Origin: an uncultured delta proteobacterium
Lineage (GTDB): Bacteria > Desulfobacterota > Desulfobacteria > Desulfobacterales > SG8-13
NCBI GenBank assembly: GCA_963848135.1
Contig: CAWKCK010000005.1
Location: 186,001-250,000, forward strand
Length of the DNA: 64,000 nt
Direction of reading: 5' to 3'
Part shown: piece by piece, positions 1 through 9,459 of the stretch
Position numbering within the stretch: position 1 is the first letter of the stretch
Layout of the letters: each line of letters begins with the position of its first letter
Notes under the pieces: model-generated
Database searches by the model: none
Told to the model about the DNA's origin: nothing
Seen by the model: only the letters and a program-made list of their open reading frames with translations
Position numbers and translations under genes: made by a program

Positions 1-55
1 GCATATTCCTGTAATCTGGCGGAGCCGGTCATCTGACCGTTTCGTGACCCTCACT

Positions 56-203
56 TAGTAGCTGTTGAAAAACAATTGCGCTTGACAATACGGCGTTAAT
101 GGCTGAATCGCGGGGCCCTACCCCCGCTTCAGCGAAGTCGAGGACTTGAAGCGAGGAGCCAACGTAGAGATTGGGCTAAAAAACTTTTTTGAGATGACTT
201 CTA
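56..203. repeat. Dispersed REP/MITE-like element, family B, copy 1
   Basis: 61-136 (GCTGTTGAAAAACAATTGCGC...GGCTGAATCGCGGGGCCCCTACCCCCGCTTCAGCGAA) aligns by eye with 46317-46393. It has an internal GCTGAA/TTCAGC stem-loop and imperfect terminal inverted repeats. Confidence 0.7.
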
Positions 204-216
204 ATGAATTGGCCAC

Positions 217-651
217 TTATTTAGTGGGAAAGACCAATCGGTCCAGAATCAGACCGTAAAATCGGTCACTACCCTCAGAAACAAAGAGCCAGCCGATATG
301 GACCAGGCATGCACGGCAGACGGCAACTTTCCAACGATATCCTCTAAACCAGGTGAATTCTCCCGTGCCCGGGCCGGCAGTGCCGCATCCATCGGCTCTT
401 CGAAAACACCCGATATCATATACGATCCCGTGAGGGTTGGCAAAGGTGTGGTGATAAGTGCCGTCCTTCTCGGTCCGCTCATCCGGATGCGTTACGGCAT
501 GACCGCATTGGCGGCAGAGGATCAACTTCTCTTCCCGCTCTGCTGTTTCATGCCCAACCGCCTCTTCCGGACGCCCGACCGGCATACCCGGCGCCGGCTT
601 ATCGCCCGGCAGGCGAAACCAATAGAGGATACCGCTGTCGGTCGCGTTCAT
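217..651 (-). CDS. Cereblon family (CULT / thalidomide-binding domain) protein
   Basis: Two CxxC Zn pairs (CRQC, CRAC), the FANPHG motif and tri-Trp pocket residues (EFTWFRGYRW...HIGWLF). Start placed at ATG 651; the ORF extends to 693. Confidence 0.9.
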   Translation of the reverse strand: MNATDSGILYWFRLPGDKPAPGMPVGRPEEAVGHETAEREEKLILCRQCGHAVTHPDERTEKDGTYHHTFANPHGIVYDIGCFRRADGCGTAGPGTGEFTWFRGYRWKVAVCRACLVHIGWLFVSEGSDRFYGLILDRLVFPTK

Positions 652-774
652 AACCGGTGCCTTCCATGGGTACCCGACCGCACCGTCCAGCACCCGTTTT
701 GAGAGCGCTTTACATGCGATTCAACATCATTATATTCAAACCCAACCAAACAGAAAATCGAATCAAATAAAACG

Positions 775-1329
775 GTGACACGGATGAATAAACGTATCGT
801 CCAGTTAGTTTTGGCATTGATTTTTCTCTTCAGCCAAACGGCCTTGGCCCCGGCCGAGGATCTCGACAACCGTTTCAATGAAATTGTCAGCCGACTTTAT
901 CTAAACCATAGAAGCCTGTCCGTCGTCTACAACAAATTGCATGACGCCGCGCTCGAAGCCGTCAACGGATCCGACCAGCAGCTCGCCGCCATACAAAAAA
1001 CCTATCTATTTGTTAGCGAAGCCAACCTCGTGTGCCTCTCCCAGTGGGAGCTGCTTTCAATTATCGGATACATCAAAGACAGCCATCTGGCCGACTATTA
1101 CACGCTGCGAGTCAAGGGCCTGGATCGGGCTACTTTCGAATCACGGGATCGGCTTGTTTCCCTGAAACTATATTCCGCTGACATCGAAAACCCGGAACCG
1201 CGCGAGCTGATCGAAGAGGCCGTCGGCCTCATCGAGGCCAACATCTACATGTTTGAACAATTGGCAGACATTCTCAAACCCCTGGCCAACCCACCCAATC
1301 CTTTCACTCGCAGCCTGAAAAACTCCTGA
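775..1329 (+). CDS. Hypothetical secreted alpha-helical protein
   Basis: 184-aa ORF with an N-terminal signal-peptide-like segment (MNKRIVQLVLALIFLFSQTALA). Confidence 0.75.
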   Translation: MTRMNKRIVQLVLALIFLFSQTALAPAEDLDNRFNEIVSRLYLNHRSLSVVYNKLHDAALEAVNGSDQQLAAIQKTYLFVSEANLVCLSQWELLSIIGYIKDSHLADYYTLRVKGLDRATFESRDRLVSLKLYSADIENPEPRELIEEAVGLIEANIYMFEQLADILKPLANPPNPFTRSLKNS

Positions 1330-1398
1330 CCCACACGTCAGCCGAGTATTACCATTCGTTTGAACGAAAAAGATCAACGCGAATGGGGAAATGTCAGG

Positions 1399-3279
1399 CT
1401 AAACATCGAGAGCCGACAACCCCAAGGCCTTACGTTTGTTTTCGATGCGCCGCCGAATCAACACAGCCGATTTTTCCGGATCCGGCTCCACCGCAAAGGT
1501 GGCGCCAACCGCGTCCTCGAGCCCCTCGGTCAGCAGCTTCACAACATTCATGCTTCCGGCAATGGGGGGCATGGGCCCCAGAACCGTGTATACCCCCGAG
1601 GCGACAAAATAGGCGCCGATGGATACGGCCTTTTCCGAGTACCACTCGGGAGCAGCACCGGCCAGGGGTAGATCACTGATGTCTGCCTCCAATGCGTTTG
1701 CCAGGGCCGCCGCCACCATCAATATCCTGACATTGTCAACGCAACTGCCCATATGCAGAACGGGCGGTACGCCCAATGCCTTGCAGATTTCCTTTAAACC
1801 CGGTCCGGCAGATTCCGCCGCTTCGGCAATTTTGAAACCCGCCTTGGCGGTCGCAATCGCCGCGCAGCCGGTATCGACCACAAGAATGTCGTTTTCGATC
1901 AGGCGCCGGGTAAGAGTGACGTGACCGTAGTCTTGCTTTATTTTCGGGTTGTTACACCCGACAATTCCCACAACTCCCCGAATTTTTCCCGCTTTAATCG
2001 CGTCTATCAGGGGATCGAGCGTGCCCCCTAAAGCCCCAACGATCGATTCCACCGAGAAACCACCCACGGCGGCGACACTTTCCACCGGAATATAGACCTT
2101 GCCACGCCGGCTGTAGTTCTCGACCGCTTCCCGGACCAACTCCTTGGCCAAACCGGCGGCGTTGTCCGGATGAAACTCCCGGTGCGTCATCCCTGGGAAT
2201 CGCGCCTTGTCGCTGGTGCTGATCATACGGGTGTGGTAGCAGGCGCCGATGTTGCCAAGTGACGGCATGATGCATTGGTAGTCGACCAGCATCATTTCCA
2301 CGGCACCGGTCGACAAGACCAGTTCAGTTGTCAGGTGGTTACCTGCCATTTTTACACCGTGCCGCATCAACAACTCGTTTCCGGTGCAGCAAACCCCGGT
2401 CAGGTTGATTCCGCCGGCACCCTGAGTTTTTGCCAATTTGATCAATTCAGGGTCCTCGCAGGCGTGCAGGATCATCTCCGAAACCACCGGATTGTGTCCG
2501 TGGACGACGATGTTGACCATATTATCCTTGAGTACACCGAGGTTGAAACCGGTAGGACGCGGACGGGGCGTACCGAAGAGAATATCCGAAATATCGGTAG
2601 CGATCATGGAACCGCCCCATCCATCCGACAGGGCATTGCGCAAACTATGGAGCATAAGGCTTTGCCAATCGTTGTCGACGCCCATGTGCGTGCGATGCAT
2701 CATCTCGGACGTTTCGCGATCGATGCCCCGGGGAGTGATGCCGAGTTTTTCCCAGATTTCGCGCCTCTTTTTGGGTGCACGTCCGACGGGTGTGATACAT
2801 TTTTTGCGGGTACCGAAGTCTTCCTGCATGGCATCGGCCAGGTCCGTAGCAATAGCACGGGCATTCCTGCCGTCGGTTTCAATACCGTATTCCGCCGCTA
2901 CAGCCCTCAGCTTGTCCTCGTCTCGAATCTGGTAGCCGGAATCGCCACCTTTACCGACTTCGGCCAGTACATCGATCAGGTCGCGACCATGATCCGAATG
3001 CGAAGCCGCACCGGCGGCAATCATACGTCCCAGGTTGCGGGCCACGATAATATCGGCATCCGCGCCGCAGACACCTCTCTGGGGGCCTTCGCCGAACGGG
3101 TCTACCCGACAGGGACCCATGACGCAGTTGCGACAACTCAACCCCATATCGCAAAAGCCGCATTGAGGCTGCTGGGCCTGCAAACGGTCCCAGACCGTTT
3201 CGATCTGATCGCTCTGGGCCTTTTTGAGCATCAATTGCCCGTCTTCAGTGATGGTTTGATTTTCATGTTTCATCAGCAT
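1399..3279 (-). CDS. cooS: Anaerobic Ni,Fe carbon monoxide dehydrogenase catalytic subunit
   Basis: CxxC...CRNCVMGPC Fe-S motif; C-cluster ligand motifs HGHNP, GVCCTGNE, DYQC, VGCNN, TGCAA, GSCVD; SEKA lysine. GGGAGGT RBS. Confidence 0.97.
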   Translation of the reverse strand: MLMKHENQTITEDGQLMLKKAQSDQIETVWDRLQAQQPQCGFCDMGLSCRNCVMGPCRVDPFGEGPQRGVCGADADIIVARNLGRMIAAGAASHSDHGRDLIDVLAEVGKGGDSGYQIRDEDKLRAVAAEYGIETDGRNARAIATDLADAMQEDFGTRKKCITPVGRAPKKRREIWEKLGITPRGIDRETSEMMHRTHMGVDNDWQSLMLHSLRNALSDGWGGSMIATDISDILFGTPRPRPTGFNLGVLKDNMVNIVVHGHNPVVSEMILHACEDPELIKLAKTQGAGGINLTGVCCTGNELLMRHGVKMAGNHLTTELVLSTGAVEMMLVDYQCIMPSLGNIGACYHTRMISTSDKARFPGMTHREFHPDNAAGLAKELVREAVENYSRRGKVYIPVESVAAVGGFSVESIVGALGGTLDPLIDAIKAGKIRGVVGIVGCNNPKIKQDYGHVTLTRRLIENDILVVDTGCAAIATAKAGFKIAEAAESAGPGLKEICKALGVPPVLHMGSCVDNVRILMVAAALANALEADISDLPLAGAAPEWYSEKAVSIGAYFVASGVYTVLGPMPPIAGSMNVVKLLTEGLEDAVGATFAVEPDPEKSAVLIRRRIENKRKALGLSALDV

Positions 3280-3390
3280 AACGACCTCCCTCGGTATCGT
3301 ATTCCTCTTAACTGAAATGATTTATATTTAATTTTGGTCGGCATTTGTTTGGAACGCCGGATCGCCCGTCGCATGATGAGAAAACCGGCC

Positions 3391-4011
3391 TCACCGATTC
3401 AGGTCTGTAATTCTTGCGTTGCGAAGCTCGACCTGGGCTTTCTTGACCGCATTTAGCAGGGCAATACCCGCTGGTTGTGTTTCTTTTTCCATGCCGGCGA
3501 ATACACTGCGGGTCACTGCATCCGTCTTGCGTTTCATCGCCAACGATGGTTCCTCGAAAGTCAGGGCTCCGGATTTACATGCCTCGACACAGGCTGGCAC
3601 CTGGTTGCTTTCCTGCCGGACGATGCAATTGTCGCATTTCACTGCCACCGTCTTTCCTGGCGGTGCAAAGGTGTCCACGTGGTAGCGGACCACTCCGAAG
3701 GGACAGACCATGGCGCAGGATGCGCAGTTGATGCACTTGTCAGGATCGATAAGAACCGTGTCGAATTTTCCATCTCTGAAAATGGCGCCGGGCAGGCAAG
3801 CCATCATGCAGGGTGCCGGGTTACAGTGCCGGCAACGATTGGGAAATCCCTCTCCGATAAGACCGGCCCCCACGTGAACCCGGGACTTGGGCAGCGGCGT
3901 CTCCATAATCGCCGTATAGAGCTGCCCGGTGCGGGAATGCGCGGTGGCACAGGCTGGCATGCACTGCATGCAGCCGACACACCGTTCCGGGTGAACCACG
4001 ACTTGTTTCAT
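3391..4011 (-). CDS. cooF: CooF-like multi-[4Fe-4S] electron transfer protein
   Basis: Four Fe-S Cys motifs (CVGCMQCMPAC, CRHCNPAPC, CINCASCAMVCP, KCDNC...PACVEAC). GGAGG RBS before ATG 4011; directly upstream of cooS. Confidence 0.9.
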   Translation of the reverse strand: MKQVVVHPERCVGCMQCMPACATAHSRTGQLYTAIMETPLPKSRVHVGAGLIGEGFPNRCRHCNPAPCMMACLPGAIFRDGKFDTVLIDPDKCINCASCAMVCPFGVVRYHVDTFAPPGKTVAVKCDNCIVRQESNQVPACVEACKSGALTFEEPSLAMKRKTDAVTRSVFAGMEKETQPAGIALLNAVKKAQVELRNARITDLNR

Positions 4012-4052
4012 AGATCCTCCTTTAACGGCAAAGATTAAAAGATAAACAAGGG

Positions 4053-5300
4053 TTATCGAACGACGAGCGACGAGCGCCATAGCAGGCGGCCGTAGTTGAG
4101 CCCCGGCTCCACCAGGGCCTCGCGGGGAATCGTCAAGGGGGTCCGACTCTGGATGGCCGACAGCAGCACACCGCCCTGCTCGACATCGTTGACCATCACC
4201 ATGCCGACCAAGGCGTCGCCCTGGAAAACGAGTTTGCGGTAAATCTTCCGCCGTGGGCTCTTGTATACCACGGTTCTGTAAAGCGCGTCCGGCGGCGGGT
4301 TAACAACCCCACCGGCCATGATGTCAATGTCGAAAATACGGATGACATTCCGACTGAGACTCCCCCGGTAATCCACGGACCTGCCGGCCATGTTCATCCC
4401 GGCTATACGGCCCTGGCTCACAGCCTCAGGCCATATGGCGTTGACCCATGGCGTATTGCGGGCGATGTCCACATACTCGGCGACATCCCCGGCGGCAAAT
4501 ATCCCCGACACACTGGTTTCCATATGTGCATCCACGACAACGCCCAGATCGATATTGATCCTGTCGCGGGGAACAAAGGACAGCGCCGGCAGCACACCTT
4601 TACCGATGACCACCATATCGCAAGGCAGCCGACTGCCGTCAGAAAGTTGTGCCGCCTTTACAGCGCCGTTGCCATCGAACGCCTGTACCTCTATACCGAC
4701 CCTCACGTCGAGGCCGTGGCGCACGAGTTCGTCACGGATCATCATCCCCGCTTCACGGTCCACCTGCATGGAAAGCGGATAGCCCGATCGAATCAGCATA
4801 GTCACCTCTAAACCGCGCCGCAACAACCCATAGGCAGCTTTAAACCCCACCAGACCGCCGCCGAGAACCAACGCCCGGTGCGCGCCGTTGAGGCCATCGA
4901 TCATGGTACACACATGGGCTTGCGTGCGCATGTAGGATATGTTCCCAAGACTCAGCCCATCGGCTTTAATGGGACGTGGATCGGCACCGGTGGCAATCAG
5001 AAGCTTGTCGAACCCGTAGTTCGCCCCCCCCGTGGAGACCGTTCGGTTGACAATATCGATACCTGTCACACGGCTGCCGAGGACCGGTTGTATTTTTAAT
5101 TCATCGTAGAAATCGGATGAACGAATTGCCAACTTATTGGAACCGATGGAGCCCTCGAGTAGCAGGCTGATCATGGGCCGGGAATACGGTGGAAAGGTCT
5201 CATCCCCAATCATGGTGATGTCACCTGCGGGGTCCAGTTGGCGCACGGTCTCTGCAGCGGTTACACCGGCAACGCCGTTTCCGAGAATGAGGTATTTCAT
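4053..5300 (-). CDS. FAD-dependent NAD(P) oxidoreductase (FNOR / NirB-like)
   Basis: ILGNGVAG FAD motif, LIATGA, LGGGLVG NAD motif and FAAGDVAE. RBS GGAGG before ATG 5300. Confidence 0.9.
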   Translation of the reverse strand: MKYLILGNGVAGVTAAETVRQLDPAGDITMIGDETFPPYSRPMISLLLEGSIGSNKLAIRSSDFYDELKIQPVLGSRVTGIDIVNRTVSTGGANYGFDKLLIATGADPRPIKADGLSLGNISYMRTQAHVCTMIDGLNGAHRALVLGGGLVGFKAAYGLLRRGLEVTMLIRSGYPLSMQVDREAGMMIRDELVRHGLDVRVGIEVQAFDGNGAVKAAQLSDGSRLPCDMVVIGKGVLPALSFVPRDRINIDLGVVVDAHMETSVSGIFAAGDVAEYVDIARNTPWVNAIWPEAVSQGRIAGMNMAGRSVDYRGSLSRNVIRIFDIDIMAGGVVNPPPDALYRTVVYKSPRRKIYRKLVFQGDALVGMVMVNDVEQGGVLLSAIQSRTPLTIPREALVEPGLNYGRLLWRSSLVVR

Positions 5301-5644
5301 CTTGACCTCCAATTAACATGTATGTGGTCACGAATGGACACATTGGTTCAGAAGAGGATTCCGGGCATCAGTTGCTTAAAGAAGGGGATCCGTTGGCATA
5401 GATCCGGATGCGGATACAGTCGTTTTCGGGAAAGAAATTTGAGCTGCATTTGCCCCCCTGTACCGCTTACAGGATCGTTCGGGTGATTGGAGAACACAGC
5501 GCAGATGGAAAAATAAATACCGGCTCGAGCTGGTGATGTCAAGCAGGACTGGGGAATAATTATGCACAGGACGCCGCCGCCAAATGCACCCAACCGGGTA
5601 ATTTGCCGATGGGTTCAGCCAGGGCAGTAACTGAAAGCCCATGG

Positions 5645-6628
5645 TCACGGAACAGCCAGCACGATCTTGCCGAAATGGTGACTGCTTTCCATTTCCCGGT
5701 GAGCGTCCGCTGCCGCTTCAAGAGGGTAAACCCGGTGAATCAGCGGCTCGATATGGCGGTCGATGATGAACGGCATGACCCGGTCCCTGAAGGTTGCCGT
5801 GATCCGGGCCTTTTCGGCAACGCTGCGGGCGCGGATGACCGAGCCGATGATCCGCTGACGCTTGACCATCAGGTGGGCCAGGTTGACCGGGGCCACACCG
5901 CCGCTGGTCACACCGATAATCACCAGTCGCCCCTCCAAGGCCAGCGCCTTCAAATTGGGCGCCAGGTAATCGGCGCCGATATGGTCGAGGATCAGGTCTG
6001 CGCCGCGGTTTTCGGTAAATGTTCGAACTTCGGTCGCAAAATCCTCATTTTGGTAGTCGACCACCCGGTCCACCCCCAGGGCCGCAACCCGTTCGATTTT
6101 TCCGGGGGAAGCCGTCACGATGAGGGTCGCATTTGGCGTCAGGGATCGACAAAGCTGAATGGCCGCCGTATTGACGCCACCTCCGCCGCCGTGAAGAAGG
6201 GCGGTTTCACCGGGTTGCAGGTCACCGATAAGATAAATATTTAAAAATGCCGTAATGGTGGTTTCACTGATGCAGGCCGCTTCGGTATAATCCATTCCTT
6301 CCGGTATGGGTATCAGGTGGCTGTCATAAACCAGGGCATATTCGGCATAACCACCACCGGCCACAAGGCCCATGACCCGATCTCCCGGATTCCAATCGTC
6401 CACACCGGGTCCGAGAATGTCCACGACACCGGCCACTTCCAAACCAAGAATTTGCGATTCCCCCCTGGGCGGCGGATAGTTACCCTGGCGCTGAATGATA
6501 TCGGCCCGGTTCACCGATGTGGCCATTACCCGGACCCTTACCTGATTCGGACCCGGTACGGGCCTGTCGACGTCTGCGATCTGCATCATTTCCGGCCCGC
6601 CAAAGGTTTCCAATACAACGGCTTTCAT
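5645..6628 (-). CDS. NAD(P)H:quinone oxidoreductase, PIG3/zeta-crystallin family
   Basis: SVNRADIIQRQGNYPPP, LGLEVAG, HGGGGGV and HFGKIVL motifs. Start at MKAVVLE. Confidence 0.92.
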   Translation of the reverse strand: MKAVVLETFGGPEMMQIADVDRPVPGPNQVRVRVMATSVNRADIIQRQGNYPPPRGESQILGLEVAGVVDILGPGVDDWNPGDRVMGLVAGGGYAEYALVYDSHLIPIPEGMDYTEAACISETTITAFLNIYLIGDLQPGETALLHGGGGGVNTAAIQLCRSLTPNATLIVTASPGKIERVAALGVDRVVDYQNEDFATEVRTFTENRGADLILDHIGADYLAPNLKALALEGRLVIIGVTSGGVAPVNLAHLMVKRQRIIGSVIRARSVAEKARITATFRDRVMPFIIDRHIEPLIHRVYPLEAAADAHREMESSHHFGKIVLAVP

Positions 6629-6698
6629 TCTTTCCCTTCTCCTTTTTTTTCGGCTTTTCAGTTGATTCGCAGGTTTGGGATGACTGTTTGGCTTAGCA

Positions 6699-7316
6699 TT
6701 ACAGCGGCTGCCACTCCGCATCCATGTTCCCGATGACGGCAGTCACCGTTTTTACAAACCGGTCCATCAAGGGGGATCCGGCCGGCAAAGGCCGGCGTTT
6801 GAGATCCCCAAAAAAATTGCGGCGCAACCCGGCTGAGATCTCGAGTTGGACGCCCATGGCGAGACGGCCGCGGTTGCAGATGTTGAGCCGACTCAACCCG
6901 GGATATTGCGACGATCTTCCGGTTATAAAACCAACGGATTCGAGCATTTTCCCAACCTGCCTGGCAAGCCGGTGGTATCGGCCACCGAGAAAAACGATCG
7001 GCTCGGGATCCCCGCACCCATGGATAGAAAAAATGATGGCGGTCCTGGCAACAAGATCGTTACCCTGGGGTTCGTCAAACAGGTGGCTGGTGATGTGCAG
7101 GGCGGCATTGCCGCAAGGTTTTATCCCGCTGAAGGTGTAAAGACTGTGGCGACATCCGGCCACCGCTTCGGCAATTTCGGTTGTTCCCGGTTCAATTTCG
7201 CCGCCGTGAATCGCGACAACCCCAATGCCCGTGGACCCGCGTCGACAGCGGATTCGGTAGTCGATGCCTTCCTCTTCACGGGCCACTAGCTCACTGAATG
7301 ATCGATAGGTAGACAT
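6699..7316 (-). CDS. Poly-gamma-glutamate hydrolase family (DUF867/YjqB) protein
   Basis: AIHGGEIEPGTTEIA, LHITSHLFDEP, SIHG, NICNR and GVQLEIS motifs typical of the family. Confidence 0.85.
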   Translation of the reverse strand: MSTYRSFSELVAREEEGIDYRIRCRRGSTGIGVVAIHGGEIEPGTTEIAEAVAGCRHSLYTFSGIKPCGNAALHITSHLFDEPQGNDLVARTAIIFSIHGCGDPEPIVFLGGRYHRLARQVGKMLESVGFITGRSSQYPGLSRLNICNRGRLAMGVQLEISAGLRRNFFGDLKRRPLPAGSPLMDRFVKTVTAVIGNMDAEWQPL

Positions 7317-7393
7317 TTTCCTCCCGAAGATCCGGATCCTTCCGAGGGGGCGGGTGGCCGGGATTCAATTTTTAGCAGGGATTGTCCGCTAGC

Positions 7394-8302
7394 TTAGCGG
7401 TTGAAAATGATCATCCCCCCACAAATGAGCGTCATGCCGATTATGTGAAAGATCTCCACAGATTCACCAAGCCAAACAATGGCCAGAATCGATGCGAAAA
7501 CAGGGATCAGGTTGATGAATAACCCGGCCCGGTTGGCACCGAGCACGGCGACGCCATGATTCCAGCACAGATAAGCGATGATCGACGGAAATACCGCAAC
7601 ATATAGGATGCTCGACACGATATGGACATCGAGGGCTTTGGGCGTGCTATCGGCAGCCTGCCAAAGGTACATCGGCAGTAAAAAGAAGACCCCGATGCCG
7701 AAAGTATAAATCAGAAAACTCATCGGGTGGATCTGTGGCCGCCACCGCAGGAAAGCCGAGTAAAGGGCATAGATGACAACCGCTACCAGCATCAGGATAT
7801 CGCCTTCGGCAAAGTCCAGTTTGAAAAAAGTAGAAAAATCACCCCGCAGAACCACCAGGCCGGCACCCAAAACACACATGACAACACCAAACAGTTGACG
7901 CTTGGTGACGGTCTCCTTGAAGGCGATCAGGGAAATAACGATGATCACGGCCGGCATTGCGGTTTGAATCAGTGCGCCGTTAATGGCCGTGGTCGTGTGC
8001 ACTGCCGCGTACAGCATCGTATTGAAAGTGGTCACACCGGTCAGAGACAAGAACAGCACTATCTTCCAGTGTCTGACAACCTCGCGCCAGTCCGTGACCG
8101 CATACCGCCACGCAAACGGAAGCAAAATAGAAAAGGCGATGGTCCAACGCCAGAAAGCCAGGCTGACAGGTGCAATCATGTCGATCACCCCGCGTGCCAG
8201 AACAATGTTGCCGGCCCAGCACAGTGGGGCGACCGCCAGGATAAGGTACGGAACGGCACCGGTACCCGACCCCGATACCCTTTTTGCAAAGTGTAAAATC
8301 AT
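7394..8302 (-). CDS. DMT/EamA family transporter
   Basis: About 10 TM helices with WAGN, FWRW and AGLFINLIPVF motifs. Start uncertain; the longer ORF overlaps the upstream gene. Confidence 0.88.
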   Translation of the reverse strand: MILHFAKRVSGSGTGAVPYLILAVAPLCWAGNIVLARGVIDMIAPVSLAFWRWTIAFSILLPFAWRYAVTDWREVVRHWKIVLFLSLTGVTTFNTMLYAAVHTTTAINGALIQTAMPAVIIVISLIAFKETVTKRQLFGVVMCVLGAGLVVLRGDFSTFFKLDFAEGDILMLVAVVIYALYSAFLRWRPQIHPMSFLIYTFGIGVFFLLPMYLWQAADSTPKALDVHIVSSILYVAVFPSIIAYLCWNHGVAVLGANRAGLFINLIPVFASILAIVWLGESVEIFHIIGMTLICGGMIIFNR

Positions 8303-8361
8303 TCCAAATCTTATAAAGTTGTTCAGATCAGAATCAGATGAAGGGATAGTCTCCAATTTTT

Positions 8362-9429
8362 TTATCTGAGGAATATCGCTTTCTCGGGACAGATCTCCTG
8401 ACAGCAAAAGCAGGCGATGCAAGTTTCGGTGGCGACTTCCGGCAAGTCGACCGGCAGGGTCAAGGCCGCAACAGGGCACTGTTCGACACAGGTACCGCAC
8501 CCCGTACACCGGTCCGGGTCCACCTGGGGCTTGAGGCGTGTACGGCTGCAAATCAAGTCCTGGACGGCCGCATTGCCGGCGATGGCTTCGCCACCCAAAG
8601 GCGGAAGTTTGAAGTCGGTAAGTGGCATGAATTCACCGGTGACCTCGATCGTGTCTTCGTCGTAATCGCCCAGACCGACGTCGCGGGCCTTTTGAAGGAA
8701 CCGTAATCGACCCGGCACGATACCCATCATTCTTGCGATTGTAGCATCCAAAGCCACGGCGTTATCCGAAGCCAGTATCAATCCGATATCTCTTAAGTCC
8801 GGCGATGCCGGGCCGTTACCCTCCATTCCGAGAACGGCATCGACGATGAAAAGCTCCGGCACCCTGAGCCGGAACACGTCCACGACCAATTCGTGGAAAC
8901 GTCGCGGGGTTCCGGCGGCTCTGTGCAGCTGGGCCTTCTGGGCGCCAGGCAAAAAGCCATAGCTGTTTTTGATGGCGCCGGTCATGACCGTCAAGCCGTG
9001 GGTTTTGAATTTTGGTAAACTGATGATGATATCGGCATCCAGCACTGCCTGAGACAAGCTGACCGTGGTCATGAATTCGGCATTGAAGGCAACTTTCCGA
9101 GACTCGTTGCCGATGTTCCGGTAATAGCCCTTGGCCGCATCCAGAAGACCGGTCGTTCTGAAGCTCTGTTCATTGGCACCGTAACTGAACAAACCGGGGT
9201 TATCTCCGACAATGATTTCAGCCGGTTTCATCTTTTCTACTTCTTCAACGACTGCCCGCAGTACGGATGGGTGGGTGACGATGCCCTCCGCGGCCTTGGA
9301 TTCCCGCAGGACATTGGGCTTTATCAAAACCTTTTTCCCGACCGCGTTAACCGGAAAAAGTTTAAAGACCTGTGCCACGGATAGGTGGACATTATCGTAA
9401 TTTGCCGGCTGAATCATGACCTTGTGCAT
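8362..9429 (-). CDS. DUF362 domain protein with C-terminal 2x[4Fe-4S] ferredoxin
   Basis: VLIKPN, SLPKFKTH, TGAIKN and EGNGP motifs; CTGCGTCVEQCP and CIACFCCQEICP. Confidence 0.9.
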   Translation of the reverse strand: MHKVMIQPANYDNVHLSVAQVFKLFPVNAVGKKVLIKPNVLRESKAAEGIVTHPSVLRAVVEEVEKMKPAEIIVGDNPGLFSYGANEQSFRTTGLLDAAKGYYRNIGNESRKVAFNAEFMTTVSLSQAVLDADIIISLPKFKTHGLTVMTGAIKNSYGFLPGAQKAQLHRAAGTPRRFHELVVDVFRLRVPELFIVDAVLGMEGNGPASPDLRDIGLILASDNAVALDATIARMMGIVPGRLRFLQKARDVGLGDYDEDTIEVTGEFMPLTDFKLPPLGGEAIAGNAAVQDLICSRTRLKPQVDPDRCTGCGTCVEQCPVAALTLPVDLPEVATETCIACFCCQEICPEKAIFLR

Positions 9430-9459
9430 TCTCTTCTCCTGAATTCTAAATGGGTATGA

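Noticed and set aside
5313..5640. GGA-rich + strand (CsrB-like) or CooA site upstream of the CODH operon
   Set aside because: No promoter or terminator supports a + strand RNA, and there is no clear TGTCA-N6-CGACA match.
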